Below, piece by piece: positions 18,901 through 29,114 of a DNA stretch of 64,000 bases; positions within the stretch are counted from its first letter, which is position 1, and every line of letters begins with the position of its first letter. Where the stretch lies: contig OZ076415.1 of NCBI GenBank assembly GCA_964187785.1, forward strand, positions 65,348,001-65,412,000. Direction: 5' to 3'. The notes under the pieces were generated by a model. That model did no database searches. It worked only from the letters and a program-made list of their open reading frames with translations, and had not been told where the DNA came from. The stretch is from Amphiscolops sp. MND2022. Lineage: Eukaryota. Both the position numbers and the translations under genes were made by a program.

Positions 18901-21477
18901 TATTTCCTGGAAAAGGTCTTCGTGTTCTTGGTTCCAGCAAAAATTTGTATCTTTCTTGGTGAGTTCGTAAAAAGGTCGACTATCGACATGAAGATTCTTG
19001 ATGTAGCAGCTATAGAAGCCCAAAGCTCCTAAGAAGCTTTTCACTTCGGTTTTGGTCTTTGGTGATTTGAGATTGTGTAGGTCTTTTACTCGTTTTGCGA
19101 CAGGTTGTATTCCTTCGGCTGCTATCACGTGTCCCAAAAACTTGACTTTCCTTAAGAAGAAGAGTGTCTTATCTGGTGCTGCCTTGAGTCCGGCTTTCCG
19201 CAGTAAGTTATGGTATTCTTGAATTACCGTGAACATTTCTTGTTTGTTTTTGGCTTGCATCAACGTGTCGTCGATGTATGTAATTGCCTGTTTCCTTTTG
19301 ATGAGGGGTTCGAAGTGGATAGTCATCATTCTGCTAAAGAAGCTTGGTAATCCCTTGAGTCCATAGAATCCCCTGGTGAAGGTGTATTGTTTTCCGCCAA
19401 TGATGAAGCTGGTGAGTTTTTGCGTGGGCTCGTCTAATGGGACTTGGTGAAATGCACAGGAGAGATCACTTACTGAGAAGATGTTTCCATTTATTAGTGT
19501 CATTATGGTTTGGATCGGTTCTAAGGGCCAGGAATAATTTGTTAGATCTGTCACCGAGTTTAGATATCTCGCATCTATGATCAGCTTGACATAGTCATGT
19601 TTTGGTTGTAGTATAATAGGATTCACAAATAAGGATCCCATTTCTTCATCGTCGCCCATTTCTCTGATGATATCAGCGTCTTTGAGTTGTGTGAGTAGCT
19701 TCTCTAGCTTTTCTCGTAGGTGAAGTGGTACTTTGCTGGGTCTCTGTCTCTTTAGAATTGCTCCAGGTTCTAGTTTAATGTTAAATTTTTGTCTGGTTTT
19801 CCCTACGTCAAATTTGTGTTGGGAGTATACATCTCTTGCGTCCATTAGTAAGTCTATTAGGAGAACCAGTTCTTCGTCTGTGAGGTCTGAGTAGCGAAAG
19901 TCGAATTCTTTAATGTATCGCACTGCTTCCTTATTTTGATACTGAAGGTAGTACTCGATCAGTCGTTCGTTGTCTTCTTTTGGCCTGAAGATTTTAAATT
20001 GCTCATCGCAGGGTGGTTGACAGGACTTTGCGTCGCTTGTGAAGTCTGTCTCCAGCTCTCTATGTTTGAGATGAAATTGCTCGGAAAATTGTTGTATCTC
20101 ATCTTCTAGTACGTATTCGGGGTCTCCTCTTGTAGTCATGGCATAGACATCTAGTTCGTTTCTTGTATAAATTCGGAGTTGTATTTCTGAGTATGCAAAT
20201 ACGTCTTGAATGAGTTGAGTGACGTCTTGCCATTGGAAGTCTTCTAGCTCTGAGGCTTCCCGTAGCATGGATATAGTTTTGATGCCGCTCATTTTGGCGT
20301 GTGCTTTTAGAGTTTCGAGAGATTGAACTAGTAATTGTGGGTCAATCTTGTCTTTTGATTTTGCTTTCGTAATCAGAACATATATAAATCGTTTCAGAGT
20401 TTCGTCCCAGTAGGGTATGGTTTCTCCTTTCTGTGGTTTCTGTTTTGCGCATGTATCCTTAAGTGAAGGTATTTTCGTTAGGATTTCTTTTGAGAAGCCT
20501 TTGGCTGGCTTTAGGTCGGCCGGGACGAAGATGATGATAGGGTCTGGTCTGCTGAGTATTGTTTTCGAGTTTCCTCCTTCTATTCTGAGGCAATCGTTCA
20601 TATCTTGTGAAGGAATGGTAGAGTGTAATAGGAAACAGTCGTTGTATTCTTCGTTTTCGTTTAGGATAGCATATGCGAGTTCTGTCGGGTTTCTAATTTG
20701 GTATTTCGGAATTTCTTGGTCTAATACGTCAAGCATTGAGTATCCGATAGTTCCTTTTACTAAGGTGATTGTATGGTTTTTGTTGTTTTCCATGACGATT
20801 GGTAAAGTCTTCTCAAATCGTGTGCAGAGGACATTTATGAAGTTAAGTCCAGTAGAAACTGCCTTCCTGTTCGGTAGGAACGTAGATCCAGGAGGAAATG
20901 AGTTATTAGTGTTTTCTGGTGCGAATTTGTAACATCTTGTCGTCTTTGGTTCGATATACATTGAGTGAGGAATTCTGACTGAGAGAATTTGTGATATATA
21001 GGGGTAACATTTGTTGAGTTGTAGGCTACCATAGCAGAAAGTATTTATAAGTCTTTTGAGTTCTATGCCAGGAAGATCAAAGTGTATTTTGTTAACTTGT
21101 TCTTGGCAGAAATTCATTCCAAGGAGGTTTTGGGTTTTCATCTCTGTTATCCAGACTGTTAATGGGAAGTTATGTTGTCCATCGGAATCGTAGTAGAGTT
21201 TGAGGGTGATGTATCCCATCATAGGGATGATCTGCCCAGAGTAGTTCCGTGTTGTGTTATTGCTTCTACTAAGTTCTAGGTCTTGTTGAAACTGGCAAAG
21301 TTCTCTAAAGGTCCTGTAGTTGATGATTGAAGATGTTGCCCCAGTGTCTAGTAGAAATTCGATTTCTAAGCCACTATCTTTTTGTGAGTCTCCGGCAGCA
21401 AAATAATAAAGATTAAGACTAAATTTTAGAGGGGCACTGCTGCTATTTCTATTTTTCGGAGACCTTAGTAGTTTAAA
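15967..21477 (-). CDS. pol: Pol polyprotein: protease, macrodomain, reverse transcriptase, RNase H, integrase
   Basis: The frame is open upstream of the track ATG (21222) and includes LLDTGA at 21348-21337. It has RT YIDD, RNase H VDSS/DHKP, integrase HHCC (H.....GH...CVSC), the D,D(35)E-type core IHID/HDRG/KVETQN and a GPF motif. Confidence 0.97.
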   Translation of the reverse strand, partial: FKLLRSPKNRNSSSAPLKFSLNLYYFAAGDSQKDSGLEIEFLLDTGATSSIINYRTFRELCQFQQDLELSRSNNTTRNYSGQIIPMMGYITLKLYYDSDGQHNFPLTVWITEMKTQNLLGMNFCQEQVNKIHFDLPGIELKRLINTFCYGSLQLNKCYPYISQILSVRIPHSMYIEPKTTRCYKFAPENTNNSFPPGSTFLPNRKAVSTGLNFINVLCTRFEKTLPIVMENNKNHTITLVKGTIGYSMLDVLDQEIPKYQIRNPTELAYAILNENEEYNDCFLLHSTIPSQDMNDCLRIEGGNSKTILSRPDPIIIFVPADLKPAKGFSKEILTKIPSLKDTCAKQKPQKGETIPYWDETLKRFIYVLITKAKSKDKIDPQLLVQSLETLKAHAKMSGIKTISMLREASELEDFQWQDVTQLIQDVFAYSEIQLRIYTRNELDVYAMTTRGDPEYVLEDEIQQFSEQFHLKHRELETDFTSDAKSCQPPCDEQFKIFRPKEDNERLIEYYLQYQNKEAVRYIKEFDFRYSDLTDEELVLLIDLLMDARDVYSQHKFDVGKTRQKFNIKLEPGAILKRQRPSKVPLHLREKLEKLLTQLKDADIIREMGDDEEMGSLFVNPIILQPKHDYVKLIIDARYLNSVTDLTNYSWPLEPIQTIMTLINGNIFSVSDLSCAFHQVPLDEPTQKLTSFIIGGKQYTFTRGFYGLKGLPSFFSRMMTIHFEPLIKRKQAITYIDDTLMQAKNKQEMFTVIQEYHNLLRKAGLKAAPDKTLFFLRKVKFLGHVIAAEGIQPVAKRVKDLHNLKSPKTKTEVKSFLGALGFYSCYIKNLHVDSRPFYELTKKDTNFCWNQEHEDLFQEIKKRITEDTVLAIPSTKYPFHIHVDSSNVGTGCILIQQFPEGKRIISFNSRVFAKEEQKMSTLHRELCGIVSALQTYEHYIIGSPFPIYLYCDHKPILYLWGRKGQISPRFFRYQVIISKFPNLKIIWTPGSNLAFPDILSRNVSIEEHKKHQLSHKVIPTDIHFFDEHGTQVHYKIKHEENEETSKNDFYPILYEKGKERKVLHLQNDGNNFTVNSIYEEPNLPKVESAQSCLDAGRELGKFEELRIRSGTRDSTSDLSQNTYSSINSDTDDEALTDNQSQEINETNYELNTEDPIARNPSLPKNAKAIEHLDLPTNSTEKQKTPTQELVRQLDKLSKEVELNVTTILQEQINDPVLSVVRQWVRTGNKPEPKSPELQHSKGLMRYFQEFDRLSIEGQGNLLCYNEPTDDPTDENLRICLPLSLFLACFRMGHYNDLGGHMGAEKTFLNAKRFYYWPGMHNWICALTQDCVSCQSNKSKQRRNNEVPLEDCETETQVFRTIHIDHKGPLNPPSRGNSHCLLIIDAFSRYLMAYPVRDTGAQSTINAMEKWIMHYGIPQSIVHDRGTAFVNTEFVNWTKEFGITLRPRTAHSPWTNGKVETQNQHIARYWRNFLNESGNNWAQLAAKFAFAHNTSVNYTTGKTPYEIVFCNKPQIPMSLKLGLYRNKNKNCKSQFCQGLPPHCHSENQVKNELLNGLLRPQLSQSLLERETAFKKVYSSTYEKCRKQTAQSHAYRNRFKLGNHLNIGQKVLLENHRKDLSKSQKLQQLRLGPFTVTKRITNTTYQIMEDQNPENLRTVHRNHLIEYFPKEETLPPLIEEYTTPHRGDTDFYNNLVKGRIEQLNVSEPQKLGDLSILPVRNQQNQILARKRTQTPQSTDSGIISPENQLLSTPKTPDQPSTSHPQNAATPILTLTQRQPTPAPPTNTPASSTKSTTPLQELRKAVARQIERNPRYQRAQPNQPARQSILRERTRIGYKE
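21387..21477 (-). promoter_or_regulatory. -1 ribosomal frameshift signal (UUUAAAC + downstream stem)
   Basis: The slippery heptamer T TTA AAC lies in the gag frame at 21477-21471 and pol is in the -1 frame. A 6-nt spacer is followed by GGTCTCCG pairing with CGGAGACT and GCAGCA pairing with TGCTGC. Confidence 0.8.
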
Positions 21478-22919
21478 GGGCGGAAATCGGCAATAGAGTT
21501 CACCGAGTAGTCGGTTTCTAAGAACTGTACTGTGTTGGATCTTCCTATGTCATTAGTTTTTGGGAATCTTTGCTCGTAAGATTGAGTTGGAGTGTTGGGT
21601 CTTTCGTTTCTGTCTAGTGGTCTTTGAAAAACTGAGTTATTTCTTGGTGGAAGAAGTTGTATGTTGCGATTAAAGGAGCTAGACTGGTCTCTGTTGAAGT
21701 TGAACGGAGATCTTGCTCTTTGGGGTCCGGGGGAAACACTTCTGGAGTTGTTAGAATTGTTTAGGAAGGGTTTTCTCCCTTCTTGTGAAAATCTTTGGTT
21801 ACCAGGATTGACTCTTGTATTCGTAGGTCGGCGTTCTGGGTTGAAATTTTTTCTTTGTGGTCTATCGTATTGATTCCAGGCAGGGTTTGACTGCATAGCT
21901 CCAGCCAGTGCTAGTTGATGTGCCACAGCCATATGTTTTCTGATTTCTGAATCTGGTAATCTTGGTTGAAATCTAGAGCCATGTTCAGGTCCAGTTCTTT
22001 TGTTGTAGTCGTTGGTGAATGTTATTCTTCTTTCTGGGTTAGCTTCGTTTTGAACCTTCTTCACTTCTTCATCTCTCATCTTCTTTCTGCACCAGTTAGG
22101 TGTGTGCCCATTTGTTCGGCAGTAGCCACAGAATCGTGTGGCCATTCTTCGACCTGTAGCATTAGGGTCTACAGTTTTCTCTACTGCGTTGATTGTGTTA
22201 TTCATCTGTTCTTTGATTTGTAGTTTGATTCCCTTCAAGTCGTCTCGCATTTCTTGTATGAGTGGGTCTGAATGTGATTCTCCGCCAGTTAGGGCGGTAG
22301 TTACCGTGTAGGAGAGGTCTTTGTTTATTACAGCTTGGGAGAATTGTTCCCAGGTTGCATTCGGGTGATCCATTAAATATTCGTGTGCCTTTTCTCTTAG
22401 TTTTGGAGGTCTTAGGCCTCTCAGTGAGTAGTCGATGCACCTTTGTCTTCTTTGTCGGTCTTGTGCTGCTCTTTCTGCGTTTCTGTCGTTTTGTGCGACG
22501 CCGGCAAGATCATCTGGCCAGCCTTTCCCCACAACAATTTTGATTCTGTGTAGAAAATTCTTTATCTCTTCTCCATCTCTTCTGGTGACATGTTCTGCTT
22601 CCATTCTGTGTCTGAATTTATTTCGGCCATCTGCGAATCTTGTGATGAACCTTTCTCTGATTTCTTGCCAGGTGTTAGCGTCTGTGATACTTGTCTCGAA
22701 CCACTCCGCTGCTGGTCCTCTTAGTAGTGTAGCAAAGTAGGATTTTCTCCTGAAGTTGTAGTCGTCAAGTGCTGCTCCGTTTGCTGGGGTATCACCATGA
22801 GAGAAACGGAACTTCTTTTCAATTAGCTGTATAAATTGTTCAGGATCTTGATCTGGGTCTGTTCCCGTGAATTGGTCTCTGCCGAGGTCTGGATAAGCCA
22901 AGTAATTTTGCGCAGCCAT
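21465..22919 (-). CDS. gag: Gag (capsid + CCHC zinc knuckle)
   Basis: Ty3-like LRGPAAEWF capsid motif; CGYCRTNGHTPNWC = CX2CX4HX4C. Confidence 0.95.
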   Translation of the reverse strand: MAAQNYLAYPDLGRDQFTGTDPDQDPEQFIQLIEKKFRFSHGDTPANGAALDDYNFRRKSYFATLLRGPAAEWFETSITDANTWQEIRERFITRFADGRNKFRHRMEAEHVTRRDGEEIKNFLHRIKIVVGKGWPDDLAGVAQNDRNAERAAQDRQRRQRCIDYSLRGLRPPKLREKAHEYLMDHPNATWEQFSQAVINKDLSYTVTTALTGGESHSDPLIQEMRDDLKGIKLQIKEQMNNTINAVEKTVDPNATGRRMATRFCGYCRTNGHTPNWCRKKMRDEEVKKVQNEANPERRITFTNDYNKRTGPEHGSRFQPRLPDSEIRKHMAVAHQLALAGAMQSNPAWNQYDRPQRKNFNPERRPTNTRVNPGNQRFSQEGRKPFLNNSNNSRSVSPGPQRARSPFNFNRDQSSSFNRNIQLLPPRNNSVFQRPLDRNERPNTPTQSYEQRFPKTNDIGRSNTVQFLETDYSVNSIADFRPLNY

Positions 22920-23929
22920 TGTGAGCTATTGAGATTATAAAGGATAGAAGATGAAGCAAAGAACAATAAGCCAAAGACTCTATGAGGTATGATACTCTTG
23001 GCTTTTGAGAATAACAGCAAAGAGTTAAAGTAAAAATTGTTTGTACTATGATTCTAATAGTGATAATTATTAGACAGGTCTGACAAATCATAAAATCCTT
23101 AATACGCTGCTAGCAAAAATGAAAATAACACTTCTCGGTCGAAGTTAGGCTCATTTCCTATATTTCGTACTCTGATTCCACAGTTTAGGGGATACTTACA
23201 AATCCCAGTAGTGTTGAGATTATCGTAAAAAGGGTAGTTCGGGGTATACCAATCCTCCGAGTTAACCCAAAGAAAACCTATGAAGAGTACAGTCAGTCCA
23301 CTAGGTCTTTCATCCGCTCGTTGAACCTTTCTTTAACTTTAGGAAAATAACTAGTTCACAGAGGGAGTTACTCTCGTCTTTAGGATTAAGTGCGTGGGGC
23401 CCAGATCACTATCATGCAATCACTTGGGTACTATCACTAGGATACTAGGTTTCCCACTCGGAATGCTACATAGGTTCCAAGATACCCACTGGGCTCACGG
23501 CCTTCAAACAGCCTCCGAGGAGACCTAGGCGGGCTTTTACTTAATTTGTGTCCGTCCGGACTAGAGTGAATTTCCCAACTGTGCCTTTAAATAAAGCGTA
23601 TAGAGTCAGTTTCATTCTTGTTTAGGACTGATGGTAATCTCATAGTATTTTCGTAAAGGTAAATCATTTCTAACAAATGGTTTTGGGGATTGAAAGAAAG
23701 AGAGTAGTGCATAAACTCTTCCCAAAGCTGTTAGGCTGGAGAGATTCTGTTAGAGTATTTACTAGCAGTTTTACGATTTATATAGATTAGAGAAGCCACA
23801 TATTGAGGCAGTAGGAGAAAGAAGAAAATTAGAAGTAATGTTAAGAGAAATAAGTAAGTAACCCTTACTTCTGAGAGTAGGGATTCTAACAGATAGCTCA
23901 TTTACTTCTCTATTACAAGAGAAAAAGTA

Positions 23930-23947
23930 GCCTCACTGGTCGCACCA
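23930..23947 (-). promoter_or_regulatory. Primer-binding site (18 nt)
   Basis: TGGTGCGACCAGTGAGGC begins after a 3-nt spacer following the 5' LTR; its complement ends in CCA like a tRNA 3' end. Confidence 0.85.
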
Positions 23948-23950
23948 GTT

Positions 23951-25530
23951 TGTCGCACGCATGGGTAAAATTTGTTTATTAGTTTTAATCTGTCAAGTCC
24001 TTGTTTGCATTTTACAAGGTACTATCTCGCGACGGTTCTGTTATTGATTTAACAAGTATAAGTCCCAACAAATAAATTTGCAACTTACTGATAAAGGGGG
24101 TGCCTTGCGCTTACGTGCGGACAAAAGAAATTGCGTGAGTCGTGCAAGGCAGTGGTTGTAAATGAGCTTCCTGTTTACTGAAAATGTATGGTGAATAAAT
24201 ATGTTTAATTACGAATGAGTTGAGAATATTGAAAGTGGACAATTTCTGGACATAGCCATATCTCTTGCAATTGTTACAAATCTCAGATTAATAAATATTA
24301 CAACTTCATTTTACAAGAAGAAGTAATATAACTTTTACAATTTATCATTTAAGAAAATGAAACTATTTACAAATAATGAGAATTTCCCTTTTTCTTCGGA
24401 AATCTTTTTCTCAAACAAAATTTACAAATCCGTACTATTTTAAACGGAAGAGTTTTGATTTAGATGTCTCTATTCAGTAGAAAGTTGAATAGCATTAAGA
24501 CTTTTTCATAATATAGCACTTTAAAATTTCAATCATCCCTTTTCTTATGTGAGTTTAAGTAACGTCAACCTTATAGAACTATTTAGTTCTAGTGAAAATA
24601 ATCAAAGTTAAAGTTTTGTCAACCGCAGAATTGAAATCAGCGGAAAATAGCTAAATTTGAAGTTTTGTCAACCGCAGAATTGATATCGGCGGAAAATAGT
24701 TAAAGTCAAAGTTTTGTCAACCGCAGAATTGAAATCAGCGGAAAATAGCTAAAGTTGAAGTTTCAGAGAGAGTGAAATCTCTACTGAAAGGTCTAAATAG
24801 TCAGACTCACCAAACCGGAGACGAAATTGAAGAGAAATTTCTAAGTTAGAAATTTCTTGTAAGGGAAGATTGGTTCTGGAAGTTGAAGTTAAATCAAGGA
24901 TGAGTGGAGAAATTTTTTAAGATGCAAGGGTAGGATTAAAAGAGAATCATTGGATCTGAGTTATAAAGCAAGAAGTTTTGTTGAGTTAAATAGGAATCTG
25001 AATTGAAATGTGAAGGCGAGAAATAGACTTTCTAAGTCTGAAGGGGAAGATAATAGTAAAGGGAGAGGAAAGGGGGTAAAGTAAGAAAGAAGTGCAGGGG
25101 TGAGGGGAGAGAAGTGGAAGAGAAGTGAAGAGAAACGAGAGCTTTTAAGTTTAAGCTCTGTCCGTTTCAATAAGTGTATGAATCTCCTCGCCTGCGTTGG
25201 CCGTATATATACAGCCAAGCATTTCTTATCGTGCGCTGCGTAGCAGGCATGGCTTATCTTTCACCAATCATAGTTGGTTTCATATTTCAAATATACGCGG
25301 TATAATATAGAATTCTTCACTTGTGCAATTCCTTTCTCGTCACAGTACTTCATCATCATTATTACCATCGTTATGGCCGCCGCCTTATGGCCGCCATCTT
25401 CATCTACAACTTTCTCCCCCATAAACAAACGTTAGTTCTAGTTCATGTTTGTTTCTTTATTTGTTAATTAAATATAAACTGCACTTTAGCACCTAATTAT
25501 GTTTGTTAAAGCGTTAGTCATAACGCGACA
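23951..25530 (-). repeat. 5' LTR (1580 bp)
   Basis: Copy of 7643-9222; candidate TATATATA at about 25205-25212. Confidence 0.97.
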
Positions 25531-25923
25531 CCATTTAATAATGTAACAAAAACTTCTCTTTGTTTAACCGTTAGACTATGACGTTATACATGGCGTTATT
25601 TTAAGTACGTAATTACAAATTATAACCATAAACAGTTATTATCCAGCTTGGACTTATATTTACCAGGTCACGACGTGCCCTGTGGAACCTGGGGGGTATA
25701 CACAATCATGCAATTTGTTCCAACACTACAGACATTTTCGAATAGGTTTTATAATGATCAGTAATCCTGATATGAAATTATTACAAAGTCAAAAGAACGA
25801 AAATGGTCAGCACTACATTTACAGTCACATGAGGTAGTGAAAATCACTGATCGAGAAAATATTGACCTATTTCCTGAAGAATTACGAGTTCAAATTCTGG
25901 TCTTTCGAGAGGCCTAGCAGCCG

Positions 25924-26880
25924 GTGAGTATGGGGGTAGTAAAGAAATTTGCCGAATATCGCGAGGGCTTGGTTGAAGATGCCGAAAGTGTAACAGCTAT
26001 TCGATACTCCAATTCGGTTAAAATTTTCCTCGCACAGTCTTTACAAGCAACTGATGATTTCAGAGAGTCGACCAAACTTGCCAGCTTCGTTCGAAAATAT
26101 GTTCAGGAAAGAGGTCTTTCCAAAGCTAGTGTCATCAGTTATTCATCCACTCTCTCAACATTTTTGGACTTTTTGGATGTCCACGGTCGGAAGACCTTCC
26201 CACATACTAACGATGTCTCTTGGCAGAAAGTCCTCAAGGAAATTCGGATTCTTTTTTAGAAGTCAGCACAAAGAGAAAAGAAAGATGCAAAAGCAGAAAT
26301 TTTCAAAAGTTCCCTCCTTCCAGGAAGTTCAGTTGTTATACAAACTTGTCATGGAGAAGTTAAACGAAGACAGTGAACTTAAAAACTTGACTTATAAAGA
26401 CCTCATGGTTTTTAATATGTTCATTTTGACAGTAAGGATTAATTGTCGTTCAGGACCTCTACTTTCCTTGTCTTGGGACGACGTTTACAAAATCAAAGAA
26501 CTCAGTTTCATTGAATTCGACCGGCACAAAACCAGTGTCGCATACGACGTAAGCATCATCATAGAACCAGAGCAGTTTTCGTGGCTAGATCGGTTAAAGG
26601 AACAGCATTTTGAAGAGTTTGGAGTCAACTCGTCCATGGTGTTTCCATCTTCCACCAATGGGATGGAGCATAGTTATGCGAGGTTTTTGCGTCAAGTTGT
26701 CCTTCAACGTTTTCCTGATGTTTCCCACGAAAAGATTCTCACTCACACTCACTTCGAAAAATGTGGGACACCTATTTGGATAAGAACCGGGACCTAATTC
26801 CCTATTCCTTACGGCGGATGCATTTGAAGCAAACCGGACATAGTGAAAGCACGAGTAGTCATAAAACTATTTCTTGTGAT
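25924..26880 (+). pseudogene. Tyrosine recombinase pseudogene 2 (Crypton-like), frameshifts near 26255 and 26745
   Basis: Core-binding-like segment (SYSSTLSTFLDFL), NCRSGPL (R at 26447), HKT (26525) and VFPS, then in a shifted frame HSLR (26746-26757) and TGHS (26833-26844). The catalytic Tyr was not located. Confidence 0.75.
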
Positions 26881-28451
26881 TCTAATAATCGTTTTACCTT
26901 GAGATTCTTAGGCGTCTTCACAAGAAATTAGTCTTCAGGCGAGCGTAGTGAAGCAAAGCGGCAGCGTTTCTAACATTTTCAAGACTGAAGGCAACAAAAC
27001 CGATCACATATATCTATCAACCTTCCAACAGAGTTTTCCAAAAGTCGATTACAGTTCAAGTAAACAATATAGTTTTGATAAACTAAATAATTGACAATGT
27101 GGCTTTATATCCAATAAACGGTTGCAAAAAATTTCAAAACATTATTTGTCCCAAATTTTGACCTTTTTGTGATTATAGACACACCTGGTTATAGACCTCT
27201 TCCTTCAACCCCACACATGTCATGTTTTTCTCTTCAATCCGTGTATATGCCATAGTTTTGAAGTTAAACAGGTTTGATTGCTGACTAAAAGCTGAGTAAT
27301 TTTCAGATTCTGTTCAAAATGGTTTCCACGAGGAAAAAACTCTGTATCAGGCATGAGACCTGTAATGACCACCCTGTTAGTGATCCTTTCGATTTTCTGG
27401 AATCAGATCCCCCATTTTTTGATGTTCAAGATGTGGAGAAAGCCGGAAGAGGAATATCTGAATATCTGAATACAGAATATATATTGCACCGAATACAGAA
27501 AATCTGCGTGTTTTCAATTTTGTTGATATAGATATTTTATGTTTAGGTTGCCACCAGTACCTCTGCTACCAGTTCTTCCAGCTGTGCACCCGTTCTTCCA
27601 CCCATGCAATCAGTTGCTGACGAGGAATTTGCTTGGGGGGTGAATCTGTGGAAGGCACTAATCCTTCAGAAAAGTCCGGACAAGAGGACTTGCAAACTAC
27701 CCCTTGCACGGGATTTGTTGGCAGAGCTCTTACAGCTGGTCGGGGAGGGAGACCACATCGAAGGATTCAATATGTAAGTGACAAATCACATAATTTACCC
27801 GATTCTGACAGTTCCAAAGTGTTTTTATTAATGAAGCGCAGTTTATGGGTCATCATTTGCTGTTTTCTATTTAGTTCACAATCGCGGCAACTGAAGAAGA
27901 AACCTGTGTACCAAATTCAGTTCGCCAGATTTTCGCGGCTGCAACAACTTCGCGAGTCACAGCAGTCTTCAAACTTTAAACGATGATGCTGAAAAAGCCA
28001 CTTTGAAAGGCTTATTCTTGCAAGCTTTCGCGATCGAAAACGAGCGAAAGTTTTCAGTGGATGCAATGGTCATTGCATGGTTCATGGTCCGGAGCGTGTA
28101 AGTAACGTTCGCGTCTAACTTTCTGTCGAAAATTACAACGAAATGCGCTTTTTATTTCAAAAACAATATTTTGCTCCCGTATATATTTAATCTGAAGTTT
28201 TTCAGAAATGCATCAAAATGTTTCAAAAATGTATTTTAAGTGGCATATAGCGATCGGATATTAACAAAACGTCAATTTTATGTTTAGGATCATTCATGTC
28301 TACCGACCACTGGATGCCGCCAAACGAGCCTCAATAATGGACTCGCTTCCATCGCTTCCTCATTTATGAATCTTTTATGAATATTCCAAATGTCTCTTTG
28401 CAGTAATATCTTCCTCCAAAGTGATGTTGGTAGTAACATTGATACCCGCAG

Positions 28452-29114
28452 AATGAAAAACAGGGAATACAATCAATGTTTATTCTGAGCGCTTTCGCAC
28501 AATATGTGCATCACCAGAGAATCATATAACCTGAAATGGTCGTCATCATTGAAATGATTACTAACACTTGAGGCCCTGTAAAGAAACTGTAAATTCGATT
28601 GGTTAATACAGTTCGTAACAAGAAGAAAGGGAGTAGTCAATAATACAATCAACAATGTATATATCAGGTTTCAAGATAGCAAACCCTTTTTTGTATTGTT
28701 TGGCCGAAAAATCCATTCACCAATTCTCAGTTTGCGGGAACAATTTTAAAAAGCAACCTTTGTTTGTTTTACTACATCAAAAAACTGACTCATGCTTTTC
28801 ATTCAGATTTTATTTGTTACGCAACACCCTGTATATCGCAAGAAGACAACCGAAGTTGAACCAACGCGAAGAATACAGGCAGCGGCAGCTCACCCTGAAG
28901 TTGTGATCGACACTTTTCTCTGTTCCGGTTTAAATCGGCGAGATTAGTACATAGCCATGTTCTATTTCTGTTGCTTTTTTATGTTGTTTGTTTATTTATG
29001 TTTTAACTGGTTTGCAATGATGACGACCATTTCAGGTTATATGATTCTCTGATGATGCACATATTGTGCGAAAGCGCTCAGAATAAACATTGATTGTATT
29101 CCCTGTTTTTCATT
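28452..29114. repeat. Fold-back element: 100-bp inverted repeats around 463 bp
   Basis: 28452-28551 is the reverse complement of 29015-29114 with one mismatch; no TSD seen. Confidence 0.9.

Larger units (their letters stand above)
7643..25530 (-). mobile_element. Full-length Ty3/Gypsy-type (Metaviridae-like) LTR retroelement with env and accessory genes, 17888 bp
   Basis: Paired 1580-bp LTRs with TGTCGC...GCGACA ends; 4-bp TSD CCAT (7639-7642 and 25531-25534); PBS; PPT; gag; pol in PR-RT-RH-IN order; glycoprotein gene. Confidence 0.97.

Noticed and set aside
20750-20990. Possible degenerate dUTPase-like segment between protease and macrodomain
   Set aside because: Only a vague beta-rich pattern (I.L.KG.IG) is present; the catalytic dUTPase motifs are not recognisable.
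16170-23091. Many short ORFs overlapping gag and pol on either strand
   Set aside because: They are shadow frames of long coding regions with no motifs.
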